A DNA stretch of 64,000 nt from a virus (IMGVR_UViG_3300027969_004220:32001-96000); one strand, 5' to 3'. Shown: positions 27,350 to 36,212, counted from the stretch's first letter. The notes: generated by a model from the sequence alone, not told the origin. A program made the numbers and translations.

Positions 27350-27886
27350 ATGGAAAAAGATAAAATGATAGAACTAATCGAGTTAGGTTACTCACAAAGG
27401 AATCTTGCGGAAGAACTAAAAACATCACAATCTAATGTTAAATATTGGTTAAAAAAATTTGAAATAAGTACAAAATATAAAAAAAATAATATAGATAAAC
27501 ATATAATTGATGGTGGTAAAAATTGTCCTAAATGTAATGAGTTAAAAGATGTGGATGACTTTTATAAAAGAAGTAGTATAAATAGAAACGGAACCGCGGG
27601 TTATTGTAAAAAATGTAGTAATATTTATCATGGTGCTAGATTAAAGAAAGTTAAATTAAAAATGATTTTATATAAAGGTGGTAAATGTTGTGATTGTGAA
27701 CTAAACCATGAAAATACACACTATTGTGTTTTTGATTTTCATCACTTAGATCCAAATACTAAAGACCCAAACTTTAATAAAATTAAATATCAAAAATGGG
27801 AAAAAATTAAAGAAGAAATTGATAAATGTGTATTATTGTGTGCGAATTGTCACCGTTTAAGACACTCTGTTATCAGTGGATGGTAA
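27350..27886 (+). CDS. HNH homing endonuclease with N-terminal HTH and Zn-binding motifs
   Basis: CPKC..CKKC; CCDC..FDFHHLDP..KCVLLCANCHRLRH. Confidence 0.85.
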   Translation: MEKDKMIELIELGYSQRNLAEELKTSQSNVKYWLKKFEISTKYKKNNIDKHIIDGGKNCPKCNELKDVDDFYKRSSINRNGTAGYCKKCSNIYHGARLKKVKLKMILYKGGKCCDCELNHENTHYCVFDFHHLDPNTKDPNFNKIKYQKWEKIKEEIDKCVLLCANCHRLRHSVISGW

Positions 27887-27898
27887 ATAAATAAAAAT

Positions 27899-27981
27899 AG
27901 GTCTATGGTGTAATGGCAACATCCTTCTTTTACATGGAAGAGACGTGAAGTATAATCTCGGTTCGAGTCCGAGTAGACCTA
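27899..27981 (+). tRNA. tRNA-Val(TAC), extended variable region
   Basis: CTTCT-TTTACAT-GGAAG. Confidence 0.8.
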
Positions 27982-27987
27982 CATAAT

Positions 27988-28063
27988 GGTTCCTTAGCTC
28001 AGTTGGTTCAGTAGCGTCTGTTTTACACGCAGAAGGTCATAGGTTCGAATCCTATAGGAATCA
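27988..28063 (+). tRNA. tRNA-Val(TAC)
   Basis: TCTGT-TTTACAC-GCAGA. Confidence 0.92.
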
Positions 28064-28069
28064 CAATAT

Positions 28070-28143
28070 TGGTAGTTAGCTCAACTGGTTAGAGCACTTC
28101 GCTGATACCGAAGAGGTTATGGGTTCGACTCCCTTACTACCAA
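28070..28143 (+). tRNA. tRNA-Ile(GAT)
   Basis: CTTCG-CTGATAC-CGAAG. Confidence 0.9.
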
Positions 28144-28151
28144 CAAAAAAT

Positions 28152-28239
28152 GGCATAGTGTCTGAGTGGTCGAAAGATGCGGTCTGCAAAACCGTAATGA
28201 TTAAGTTCATCATCGTAGGTTCAAATCCTACCTATGCTT
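28152..28239 (+). tRNA. tRNA-Cys(GCA) with long variable arm
   Basis: GCGGT-CTGCAAA-ACCGT, U73. Confidence 0.85.
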
Positions 28240-28245
28240 CTAAAT

Positions 28246-28325
28246 GGTTGGTCACTGTAAATGGCTTCACAGTGGGACGGTACGTGGAATTTATTCCTAA
28301 GTGGGTTCGAGACCCACATCAACCT
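28246..28325 (+). ncRNA. tRNA-like RNA without a recognisable anticodon arm
   Basis: GGTTGGT/ATCAACC acceptor, T-arm GTGGG-TTCGAGA-CCCAC, 6-bp CACTGT/ACAGTG hairpin. Confidence 0.5.
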
Positions 28326-28332
28326 CAATAAT

Positions 28333-28406
28333 GGCGCGGTGGCCGAGTGGCACGTAGGCGGTGGATTGCAAACTCACACACACTGGTTCGAATCCAGTCC
28401 GCGCCT
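28333..28406 (+). tRNA. tRNA-Cys(GCA)
   Basis: GGCGCGG/CCGCGCC, loop TTGCAAA, U73. Confidence 0.88.
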
Positions 28407-28413
28407 CGAGACG

Positions 28414-28468
28414 AGACTGTTACTAATTCATAGGGGCCCATACGATGTAAGTGTCTGCGTAGAATTAG
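28414..28468 (+). ncRNA. Repeated pseudoknot-like spacer RNA, copy 1
   Basis: AGACYGTTACTAATTCATAGGG..GTCTGCGTAGAATTAG, also at 36082. Confidence 0.55.
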
Positions 28469-28473
28469 AAAAT

Positions 28474-28546
28474 GCCGATATAGCTCAATAGGTAGAGTGC
28501 CAACTTGGTAGGTTGGAGGTTAAGGGTTCGATTCCCTTTATCGGAT
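28474..28546 (+). tRNA. tRNA-Thr(GGT)
   Basis: CCAAC-TTGGTAG-GTTGG. Confidence 0.88.
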
Positions 28547-28554
28547 CAAATAAT

Positions 28555-28635
28555 GCTGGTGTTGCGTAGTGGCCGATCGCACCTACCTTGTAAGTAGGAA
28601 TTCCAACGTCGCAGGTTCGAATCCTGTCACTAGCT
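28555..28635 (+). tRNA. tRNA-Thr(TGT)
   Basis: CCTAC-CTTGTAA-GTAGG. Confidence 0.88.
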
Positions 28636-28639
28636 CGAC

Positions 28640-28673
28640 AAAAAAGACTTCTTTTAATTAAGAAGTCTTTTTT
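28640..28673 (+). terminator. Terminator ending tRNA array 3
   Basis: AAAAAAGACTTCTT/AAGAAGTCTTTTTT. Confidence 0.8.
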
Positions 28674-28722
28674 ATTTTAAACTAAATCCATATCTTTGTA
28701 TAGAATAATAAATACTACTATT

Positions 28723-29175
28723 ATGAAAGATATAAAACCTCGTTGCTTCGTGGATATGGATGGCGTCCTATGTGATTTTTTCGGAGCATTCTCAGATGTT
28801 CGTAGAAAAGACCCAAACTTTAAATTTCCTCAATCCAGAATAGGGTTCTTCAAAAATCTTGAACCAATACCAGATGCAATTGAGTCTTTTAATAAATTAA
28901 AAGAACATTATGACGTTTGGATTTTAACACGTCCTTCATTTAAAAACATTAGTTGTTTTAACGAGAAAGCTGAATGGGTATTAGAACATTTAGGTTTTGA
29001 TATATTAGAAAAAACGATTATGTGTGGTGATAAATCTTTGGTGAAAGGTGATTACCTTATTGATGATAATGGTCAAAATGGCCAACCTGAATTTGAAGGA
29101 GAATGGATTGAATTTGCTTCAGAATCCTTTCCGGATTGGACTGCGGTTATTGATTATTTAATACCGACTATCTAA
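28723..29175 (+). CDS. 5'(3')-deoxyribonucleotidase (NT5C, HAD)
   Basis: FVDMDGVLCDF, EKAEWV, KSLVKGDYLIDD. Confidence 0.9.
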   Translation: MKDIKPRCFVDMDGVLCDFFGAFSDVRRKDPNFKFPQSRIGFFKNLEPIPDAIESFNKLKEHYDVWILTRPSFKNISCFNEKAEWVLEHLGFDILEKTIMCGDKSLVKGDYLIDDNGQNGQPEFEGEWIEFASESFPDWTAVIDYLIPTI

Positions 29176-29500
29176 GCCACCAATCACCACCTTTTACTTC
29201 TTCAAAGTCTTTAATATCATATTTATACTTATAAACCCAACACTCAATATCTTTTGATGTGTTTATTTTAACTCTTATATACTCATCACCTTCAAACTCA
29301 TCTAGCTCTGGGAATATTGATGGGTCTATAAGATATATATCTCCTAAAACTTCTCCAGGTCCACTTACAAAACCAGGGTAGAATTCATTTACTCTATAAA
29401 TTTTACCTTTAATTGTTGCTCTTCCAAAAAAAACGGGTTTCTTTAGTAAATTTTTGGCAGTATCTCTAAACTGACCATATACAAATAAATATTCTTTCAT
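29168..29500 (-). CDS. Gamma-glutamylcyclotransferase (AIG2-like)
   Basis: LFVYG, YPG, LDEFEG..YIR. Confidence 0.85.
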   Translation of the reverse strand: MKEYLFVYGQFRDTAKNLLKKPVFFGRATIKGKIYRVNEFYPGFVSGPGEVLGDIYLIDPSIFPELDEFEGDEYIRVKINTSKDIECWVYKYKYDIKDFEEVKGGDWWLR

Positions 29501-29502
29501 AA

Positions 29503-29901
29503 TTAGTAATAACCTTTCCCAATAACAGAGTGTCTAACTCCACCTCTTGGATTTTCTACGTCACCAGTATATCTTGGAATTAAATGACAATGAAATTGCA
29601 TTACAGTTTGTCCTGCTGTTTCACCACAATTCATACCTATATTGTAACCATCTGGTTCATATTGTGATTCAACTATCTCCTTTGCTTTATCTAGCATTTC
29701 AGATAGTTTATTCCTTTTAGATTGACTTAAATCAAAGTAAGTTTCTTCTGGTCCATTTGTTATAATAAGTATATGACCTGGACTTGTTGGAAATCCATCA
29801 AACATTATAAAGAAGTCACTATCTTGATATAAGATTTTATCATCTTCTATCATATGTCTTCCGAACTTAACATCTTCATTTAAACTTGTAAATTTTCTCA
29901 T
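29503..29901 (-). CDS. HIT family nucleotide hydrolase
   Basis: FPTSPGHILII, GYNIGMNCGETAGQTVMQFHCHLIPRY. Confidence 0.92.
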   Translation of the reverse strand: MRKFTSLNEDVKFGRHMIEDDKILYQDSDFFIMFDGFPTSPGHILIITNGPEETYFDLSQSKRNKLSEMLDKAKEIVESQYEPDGYNIGMNCGETAGQTVMQFHCHLIPRYTGDVENPRGGVRHSVIGKGYY

Positions 29902-29913
29902 AATGTATATATT

Positions 29914-32121
29914 TTATTCAAATAGTTGGAAATTTGGTAAAACCAGACGAGTATTTGCGTTGTCTGCAAAAACTAAATACTTAGAATCGTCTCTAATAAT
30001 AGCTTGATTAAGTATCTTATCAAATGTAGATTCTGGTATAATATCAGTAAATAATCTAATATTAGTTGCTTTCATATCAGATCCTAATAATTGAGGATTC
30101 GTATTTTCAATTGTAAATTCAATTGGAGTCATATCTTGTTCATCAGAATAAACTTTTCTTAGGAAGTTATTTGTAAGTTTACCAGCCTCATCTTCAAAAT
30201 CAACATTACGCTTATAAACAAATTGAGAAATTTTTCTATTTCTTTGATCAACATTTAATGTATAGCAATACCAAACTTCTTCATCTAATATTAAATCAGA
30301 ATTAGTTGTATAAGTATCACCATTTAATGTAACTGTTATTACATCATTTACTAAGTTTACTTTCCAACCAATTAGATTCTCATCATCATAGAAGTTAAAG
30401 AAGTTATAAATCTCACCATCTATATAATTATTGATACTAAACCAAATAGTAAATCCAATATTATCAGAAACTTTTAGAATAGGATCAGAGTTAAAGTAAT
30501 TTACAGCTGGTATTCCTGCATCAACTGAGAATAAGTCATAATTTGATTTAGATATTATAGTAGATGAGTTTTCAATTAGTTCTTTATTTATACTAGCTAA
30601 GTATTCTAATCTAATTAAATCCTTAGTTAAAGTTCTTGTTTGAACCTTATTAGCTACTGCTCTCTTATCATCAGTATTCTCAACACCAAATAATGAATCA
30701 ATTGTAGTATTCTGTGTAAGCATATCCAATTTGTTTTGGATCTCTGTTGTACCAGCTTGTACATTTGCTTTTTGGTTGTATTTTTTCAGAATCAATTTAT
30801 AATAAACTGAAGAGTTATTAAATCCTCTAAATTGAGATACGTGATCTACTTGAAACATTCTACTTAATTGACAGAAAAACATAAAGTCTTCTTTACCTGG
30901 TCTTCTTTGAGCACCAAATACACTTTTAAATTGCTCTTTGGTAATATGTACTTCCATATTATCAAATAAACTTAAATCAAATTGATTCATCGTAATTTGT
31001 GAGTCTGGAAATTCATTATTATTTACCGATACTTTAACATCACCTTCACAAACAATATTATACAATTGATATTCGTGCATTGAGTAATCTTGTCCTTTTG
31101 CATCTGGATCAGTTACAAAGTAAACAACTTGATGTCCAAACATCATTTGAGCATCAGTACTTAATTTATTCAAAAGATTTAGTGCAGTACTTTGATTATA
31201 AGGATTGTAAAGAAGTGCTTGTTGGTCTTTAGTCATTGGTGAAAAAATATTAGCGGTATCACAACTTCCTTTACCATCTGAATTTAGATTAGTATTAGGT
31301 ATGAAATTTCCATTAGCATCATATGTACCAGTTAAATTAGACTGACAACATTCTCTTAAACCATATAAATTACTTTTCTGATAATCTAAAGTAACATTTT
31401 GAAAATTACCAATTAAATTTATATCTTGTATCTTTACAGGAACACCAGATTTATTTTCTATTGAGTATTCAACTTCAAAAAATCTTGTTGGAGTTAGTCT
31501 TTTTGTAGATACATTTTCTTTAGTTAAAAATTCCCAATCTGACCAAGTTCTTGAATTATCTTGTGAGTATCTCCATTTCAAATCTACACCTTGTATACCA
31601 GTAGATGATATTACTTCAACATCTTCTAACTTAAAAACTTTATAGATAAAAGGTGGTTTAATTACCTGAATACCACCAGAAACCAATTGAACTGCAGAAC
31701 CATCATCGGTCATAGGTCTTTCAGTTTCACATTCAATTGCATATTCTAATATTCTAATTGAACCAAGTGAATTAGTTCCCTTTCTAACCCACTTTATATC
31801 TAGGTATAAAGGGTCCAAAGGATCGATTGGTGGAAAGTTATCAATATATTTTTTTAAGTCAAACCAAGTAGTCCATTTTTGACCATCTCTTGATAAACGA
31901 TAATATTGTGCTAAATATCTTGTAGTAGATAAACCTAAAGTATCGTAAGTAAATTTGGTTATCTTACTAATATTTTGTAAATTTGTAAAACTGATTATGT
32001 ACTCTTCTTCTATATTATTAATATAAGGTGTTGCATCGGGTGCTGAAGCACTAGCACTTATGTTAAATTTATCAGAAATAACAGTGGAACCATTTAAAAC
32101 ATTTGTATCTATTGTAAACAT
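29914..32121 (-). CDS. Virion protein with T4 gp14-like neck domain and a C-terminal LamG-like region
   Basis: GHQVVYF..EVHITKEQF..RPGKEDFMFF..RMFQVDHV resembles gp14 neck proteins. Confidence 0.55.
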   Translation of the reverse strand: MFTIDTNVLNGSTVISDKFNISASASAPDATPYINNIEEEYIISFTNLQNISKITKFTYDTLGLSTTRYLAQYYRLSRDGQKWTTWFDLKKYIDNFPPIDPLDPLYLDIKWVRKGTNSLGSIRILEYAIECETERPMTDDGSAVQLVSGGIQVIKPPFIYKVFKLEDVEVISSTGIQGVDLKWRYSQDNSRTWSDWEFLTKENVSTKRLTPTRFFEVEYSIENKSGVPVKIQDINLIGNFQNVTLDYQKSNLYGLRECCQSNLTGTYDANGNFIPNTNLNSDGKGSCDTANIFSPMTKDQQALLYNPYNQSTALNLLNKLSTDAQMMFGHQVVYFVTDPDAKGQDYSMHEYQLYNIVCEGDVKVSVNNNEFPDSQITMNQFDLSLFDNMEVHITKEQFKSVFGAQRRPGKEDFMFFCQLSRMFQVDHVSQFRGFNNSSVYYKLILKKYNQKANVQAGTTEIQNKLDMLTQNTTIDSLFGVENTDDKRAVANKVQTRTLTKDLIRLEYLASINKELIENSSTIISKSNYDLFSVDAGIPAVNYFNSDPILKVSDNIGFTIWFSINNYIDGEIYNFFNFYDDENLIGWKVNLVNDVITVTLNGDTYTTNSDLILDEEVWYCYTLNVDQRNRKISQFVYKRNVDFEDEAGKLTNNFLRKVYSDEQDMTPIEFTIENTNPQLLGSDMKATNIRLFTDIIPESTFDKILNQAIIRDDSKYLVFADNANTRLVLPNFQLFE

Positions 32122-32221
32122 AATTTATATATTAAAAAAATAATTCTATAATCTTTTGTTATATTAAATAATATGTGTATATTTGCATGTTATTAATTAT
32201 AATAATAAAAAAATCGCTAAA

Positions 32222-33445
32222 ATGAATATAACAAAAAAATTCTTACAACTAACATCTAGAACTTACCCTCACGGTACTGAGCAAGAACTTTTTCACTTGT
32301 TACCGAAAAGTTTGAAAGAGGATGAATTTGGTAACTTATTTATTAAAATAGGTGAAAGTGATGTTATGTTTACTTCACACTTAGATACCGCAACTAAAGC
32401 AAATACAGAAGTCGTTCACATTTTTGACGGAGATATTATCAAAACTGATGGTAAATCTATCTTAGGTGCCGATGATAAAGCTGGTGTAACAATTATGTTA
32501 AACATGATAGAAAAAAATATTCCAGGTTTATATTACTTTTTCTTAGGAGAAGAAGTAGGTTGTATTGGTTCGAGAAAAGTTGCAGACGTACAAAAAGTAG
32601 AGAAAATTCCAGGTATCAACAAAGTAATTTCTTTTGACCGTAGAAGTACTGATTCTATCATTACATTTCAAAGTTCAAAAAGATGTTGTTCAGATACATT
32701 TGGTGAAGCTCTTGCAAAAGCATTTAATGATGTTGAAGAAACATTCTCATATAAATTAGACAAAAATGGTGTTTTAACTGACTCTATACAATTTATTAGT
32801 ATTTATCCAGAATGTACAAACATTTCTGTTGGTTATTACTCTGAACACACTTTCTCTGAAAGACAAGATATTGGTCACTTAACTAAATTAGCGGCAGCTT
32901 GTTTAAAAGTTGACTGGTCTTCTTTACCAGTAGAAAGAGATCCTTCAAAAGTTGAGTACGATTACTCTTGGGGTGGTTATGGTTACGGTGATGGTGATTG
33001 GGGTGCTTGGGGTGGTTCAAGATATGACACTGGTAACTATACCAATGCCTATGCTTCAACAAATGTGATGGATAACGATTATAGTTCTTCAAGAACTAGA
33101 CAACAAGGAGCTTACAGAGTGAAAACTGAAAAGTCTTATTTCTATGATGAATTGTTCCAATACTTATCTATGATTGAAACAAATGCCACAACTGGTAAAA
33201 TAGTTAAAGTAGAGTTGATTGAGGATAGAATTAAATATGAAGCTCAACTTATTACAAGATTGTTCAAAGATATTGAACTACACTATACTAAATTAGAATG
33301 GGATGGTTTCAAATGTACTGTATTCTATGAGTTAGAGCACAGAACTGAATGTGATAGAAATGATTTACTAGAATACTTACCAGACTTAGATTACCGTGGT
33401 ATTGAAATATTAGGTGATTATGACGATAGTGTCTATATGTGTTAA
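32222..33445 (+). CDS. M20/M28 family zinc peptidase
   Basis: SHLDT, LGADDKAG, GEEVG, FDRR, NISVGYYSEH. Confidence 0.85.
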   Translation: MNITKKFLQLTSRTYPHGTEQELFHLLPKSLKEDEFGNLFIKIGESDVMFTSHLDTATKANTEVVHIFDGDIIKTDGKSILGADDKAGVTIMLNMIEKNIPGLYYFFLGEEVGCIGSRKVADVQKVEKIPGINKVISFDRRSTDSIITFQSSKRCCSDTFGEALAKAFNDVEETFSYKLDKNGVLTDSIQFISIYPECTNISVGYYSEHTFSERQDIGHLTKLAAACLKVDWSSLPVERDPSKVEYDYSWGGYGYGDGDWGAWGGSRYDTGNYTNAYASTNVMDNDYSSSRTRQQGAYRVKTEKSYFYDELFQYLSMIETNATTGKIVKVELIEDRIKYEAQLITRLFKDIELHYTKLEWDGFKCTVFYELEHRTECDRNDLLEYLPDLDYRGIEILGDYDDSVYMC

Positions 33446-33474
33446 AAAAAGTCGAGAGAAATCTCGACTTTTTT
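33444..33474 (+). terminator. Intrinsic terminator
   Basis: AAAAAAGTCGAGA-GAAA-TCTCGACTTTTTT. Confidence 0.8.
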
Positions 33475-33522
33475 GTTTTCTTATAATTGTAATTTAATAT
33501 ATAAGAAAATTGATTACATTAA

Positions 33523-34740
33523 ATGACAAACATATTTGATAAGGAAGTATGGATTAAACTTCTACCTAAAAAACTTACTATTGTTGATAATAATGGTACT
33601 TACGAATTAGTATATTCTGATTGTTCAGTAAATGGTGTTTCTCATAAAGTAGAAATTATGTACTTTCACTCTACACCTAATAATCCTAATGATGTAAATA
33701 AAGATGGTGAACCAGATATGTTACAGTTTGATATACATATGGTTAAAACAAATGATGGCACCGAAGCAAATCCAGACAATCTTAAATTAAATATAGATGT
33801 TACTTACGGAGATGCAATGTTATCTCAATTTAGTATTTCAAAACCTGATCAGATTGAGGTCGGTCAATATAATGGATTTGGATCTAAATATGACAAAGAA
33901 ACATTTTTTGGATTTGAAGATGATTCAATAAAAGATTTAGTAGAGTTTTTTAATAGATTAGGATTTGAACTAACAGTAAAGGATTTTACTTTTATCGATA
34001 AATATCCTGATACATATACTTATACCGAATCAATTAAACTAATGCCTAGTTTTAATGGTGATGTTGTTTTAGTAGTAAATAATACAAAACCACAGGAAAA
34101 TAGATATTTAACAAATGTTACAAACTATTTAAAAGAAAGAGGTATTGATCATGTCATTGCTTCTAATGAAGAAGAAATTAAAAAGAATAATAATGACAAA
34201 GTAATTGGTGCAATTTCAACTGGATCTGAATATAGATTATCTAATCCAGAATCTGACAGTGAATTTTCTGCAAGTTCAGAAGCTCTAAAATCTTTACAAT
34301 GTCCTATATTAGGAATGTGTTATGGAATGCAACATATGGGTATTGAAAATGGTGCTAATTTAGCAACTTTGGATAAAGTTTATACTAACCATTCTACGTT
34401 AGATGATTATGATAAAGAACATCCTTTATTTAAAGATGTCGATTTATCAAATACTCAAGCAAGCTTTGATTTTAATGACTATTTAGAAGATTGTCCCCAG
34501 GGATTTAAAACAATTGCTAAATTAGGTGATAAAGTTGCCGGTATATCAAATGATGAAAAGAAACATTATGGTTTACTTTTTCATCCAGAAGATATAGAAG
34601 ATACACAAGGAATATTAGATAATTTTATAAATATGTGTAAGTCAGGAAGATCTAATAATGACGAACAAGGTATAGATCAATCTAAGAATGATATGAAATA
34701 CATACAAACTTACGAAAGTTTTAGAAAAAAAAGAAAATAA
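33523..34740 (+). CDS. Unknown N-terminal domain fused to a class I glutamine amidotransferase domain
   Basis: PILGMCYGMQ, FHPE; C-terminal MKYIQTYESF. Confidence 0.75.
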   Translation: MTNIFDKEVWIKLLPKKLTIVDNNGTYELVYSDCSVNGVSHKVEIMYFHSTPNNPNDVNKDGEPDMLQFDIHMVKTNDGTEANPDNLKLNIDVTYGDAMLSQFSISKPDQIEVGQYNGFGSKYDKETFFGFEDDSIKDLVEFFNRLGFELTVKDFTFIDKYPDTYTYTESIKLMPSFNGDVVLVVNNTKPQENRYLTNVTNYLKERGIDHVIASNEEEIKKNNNDKVIGAISTGSEYRLSNPESDSEFSASSEALKSLQCPILGMCYGMQHMGIENGANLATLDKVYTNHSTLDDYDKEHPLFKDVDLSNTQASFDFNDYLEDCPQGFKTIAKLGDKVAGISNDEKKHYGLLFHPEDIEDTQGILDNFINMCKSGRSNNDEQGIDQSKNDMKYIQTYESFRKKRK

Positions 34741-34745
34741 ATAAT

Positions 34746-34979
34746 ATGAGTACAATTCCACAAATCGAGACAACAGAAGATCAAACTCAACGTTCAATCT
34801 CAGCCGCATTTGATTCAGTAAATTTAATCAATGAGTTAAAAACAAAACCTTCTTTAACAGAAGAAGAACAAGATAGATTAGACAGAAACAAAGAACACTT
34901 AACAATAATGTTAGGTAAAGATTGGTTTGATGCTGGTTTAACAGAACAACAAAGAAATGACATAAACGCTTGTCTATAA
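34746..34979 (+). CDS. Hypothetical protein
   Basis: 77 aa. Confidence 0.65.
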   Translation: MSTIPQIETTEDQTQRSISAAFDSVNLINELKTKPSLTEEEQDRLDRNKEHLTIMLGKDWFDAGLTEQQRNDINACL

Positions 34980-34996
34980 AAAAATAAATAACCAAC

Positions 34997-35260
34997 ATGG
35001 CTGAAGTTGATGATAAAATTGAAGGTTTGGAAGAATCTAAAATAAATGAATCTAGTATTGACTATGATGTATTAGATAAAATGGTTAAATTACCTTGTTA
35101 TAACAAACTAAGAGAAGATCTTAGAGGTGCTATACAAGAGTTTACATCATGTATATCTGATAGTTCATCAGAAATCGGATATGATGAAGGTGATACAGAC
35201 CATGATATGGCTTTTAATGCAGCAATACAACAAGCAATTGACGAAATAGTTGGTTGGTAG
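34997..35260 (+). CDS. Hypothetical acidic protein
   Basis: 87 aa. Confidence 0.65.
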   Translation: MAEVDDKIEGLEESKINESSIDYDVLDKMVKLPCYNKLREDLRGAIQEFTSCISDSSSEIGYDEGDTDHDMAFNAAIQQAIDEIVGW

Positions 35261-35308
35261 TTTGGATAAAAGAAAAATATTTGTATCTTTGTCAAAATAA
35301 TAGAAATA

Positions 35309-35434
35309 ATGGCTGGTAAAAAAGGACAGTTTGCTGTTTGTAAAGAATGGGCTAAACACTTGAGAAAGAAATACAAAAGAATCTTTTGGAGCTCAGAAAG
35401 AGCACTTTCCAAAAAAGAAATTAAAAAAATCTAA
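35309..35434 (+). CDS. Small basic protein (not in ORF track)
   Basis: MAGKKGQFAVCKEWAKHLRKKYKRIFWSSERALSKKEIKKI*, after TTTG-N19-TATCTTTG. Confidence 0.6.
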   Translation: MAGKKGQFAVCKEWAKHLRKKYKRIFWSSERALSKKEIKKI

Positions 35435-35440
35435 TAATAA

Positions 35441-35523
35441 TTAGGTAGATTGAAAACTTTATATTACTTTTGTAGTATAAAATCAAAGAAAAACAAAAAG
35501 GAACAATAAAAGTTTAATATATA
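35441..35523 (+). promoter_or_regulatory. Conserved dual-promoter module of attenuated array 4
   Basis: TTAG-N20-TACTTTTG ... AAACAAAAAG ... TAATATATA. Confidence 0.75.
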
Positions 35524-35528
35524 GTAAT

Positions 35529-35627
35529 ATGAAAAATGTAAATGTAAATATCGTAGTTATGCCGCAGCCGATGCAGGATCAGGATCGTTTCACGAACCAG
35601 ACTAACTATGTATTTATATCACATTAA
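35529..35627 (+). CDS. Attenuator leader peptide 4 (Met/Pro/Gln/Asp sensor)
   Basis: MKNVNVNIVVMPQPMQDQDRFTNQTNYVFISH*; nine consecutive M/P/Q/D codons. Confidence 0.85.
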   Translation: MKNVNVNIVVMPQPMQDQDRFTNQTNYVFISH

Positions 35628-35650
35628 GAAATTACGTGTATAAAAATTAC

Positions 35651-35685
35651 AAATCCGTTAGTCTTTGAGACTAACGGATTTTTTT
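35651..35685 (+). terminator. Attenuator terminator 4
   Basis: AAATCCGTTAGTCT-TTG-AGACTAACGGATTT plus T-run; leader AGACTAAC (35599-35606) is complementary to GTTAGTCT (35657-35664). Confidence 0.88.
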
Positions 35686-35704
35686 ATGGAATAAAATTAA
35701 ATAT

Positions 35705-35776
35705 TGGAGTATCGTATAATGGTAATTATTCAGGGTGTTGGCCCCTGCGATTTGGGTTCGAATCCTAATACTCTAA
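35705..35776 (+). tRNA. tRNA-Gln(TTG), G at position 33
   Basis: CAGGG-TGTTGGC-CCCTG. Confidence 0.75.
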
Positions 35777-35785
35777 CAAAATTAT

Positions 35786-35847
35786 GGGACCATGGTTGAA
35801 TGGTTTACAATGCCACCCTGTTGCGGGTTCGAATCCCGTTGATCCCG
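35786..35847 (+). pseudogene. tRNA-Asp-like with the 3' half of the anticodon arm deleted
   Basis: CCACCCTGT is followed directly by T-arm GCGGG-TTCGAAT-CCCGT. Confidence 0.55.
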
Positions 35848-35854
35848 CTAAAAT

Positions 35855-35927
35855 AGTTATATAGCTCAGTGGTTAGAGTGCTAGGTTGTCGCCCTAGAGG
35901 TCGCGGGTTCGATCCCCGTTATAACTG
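35855..35927 (+). tRNA. tRNA-Asp(GTC)
   Basis: CTAGG-TTGTCGC-CCTAG. Confidence 0.9.
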
Positions 35928-35999
35928 CAAATGTAATCCTTCAGTCAACAGTGAGGAGAATGAATACCCTAATGCTTGTGTAGGGAGGTTACATAAATT

Positions 36000-36072
36000 G
36001 GTTTATAGGTCAAATGGCTAAGATGTCCGGCTGTCGCCCGGTACGGAGAGGGTTCGAATCCCTCATAGACCG
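36000..36072 (+). tRNA. tRNA-Asp(GTC)
   Basis: CCGG-CTGTCGC-CCGG. Confidence 0.85.
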
Positions 36073-36081
36073 CTGCATGGT

Positions 36082-36130
36082 AGACCGTTACTAATTCATA
36101 GGGACAGAAAGTTGGTCTGCGTAGAATTAG
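36082..36130 (+). ncRNA. Repeated pseudoknot-like spacer RNA, copy 2
   Basis: GTAGACC/GGTCTGC crossed with CTAATTC/GAATTAG. Confidence 0.55.
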
Positions 36131-36135
36131 AATTA

Positions 36136-36208
36136 CTAGGTGTAGGAAAGTTGGTATTCCGCGTGCTTTGGGAGCACGAGATCGCAGGTTCGAGCCCTGT
36201 CACTTAGA
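36136..36208 (+). tRNA. tRNA-Pro(TGG)
   Basis: CGTGC-TTTGGGA-GCACG. Confidence 0.9.
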
Positions 36209-36212
36209 CTAA

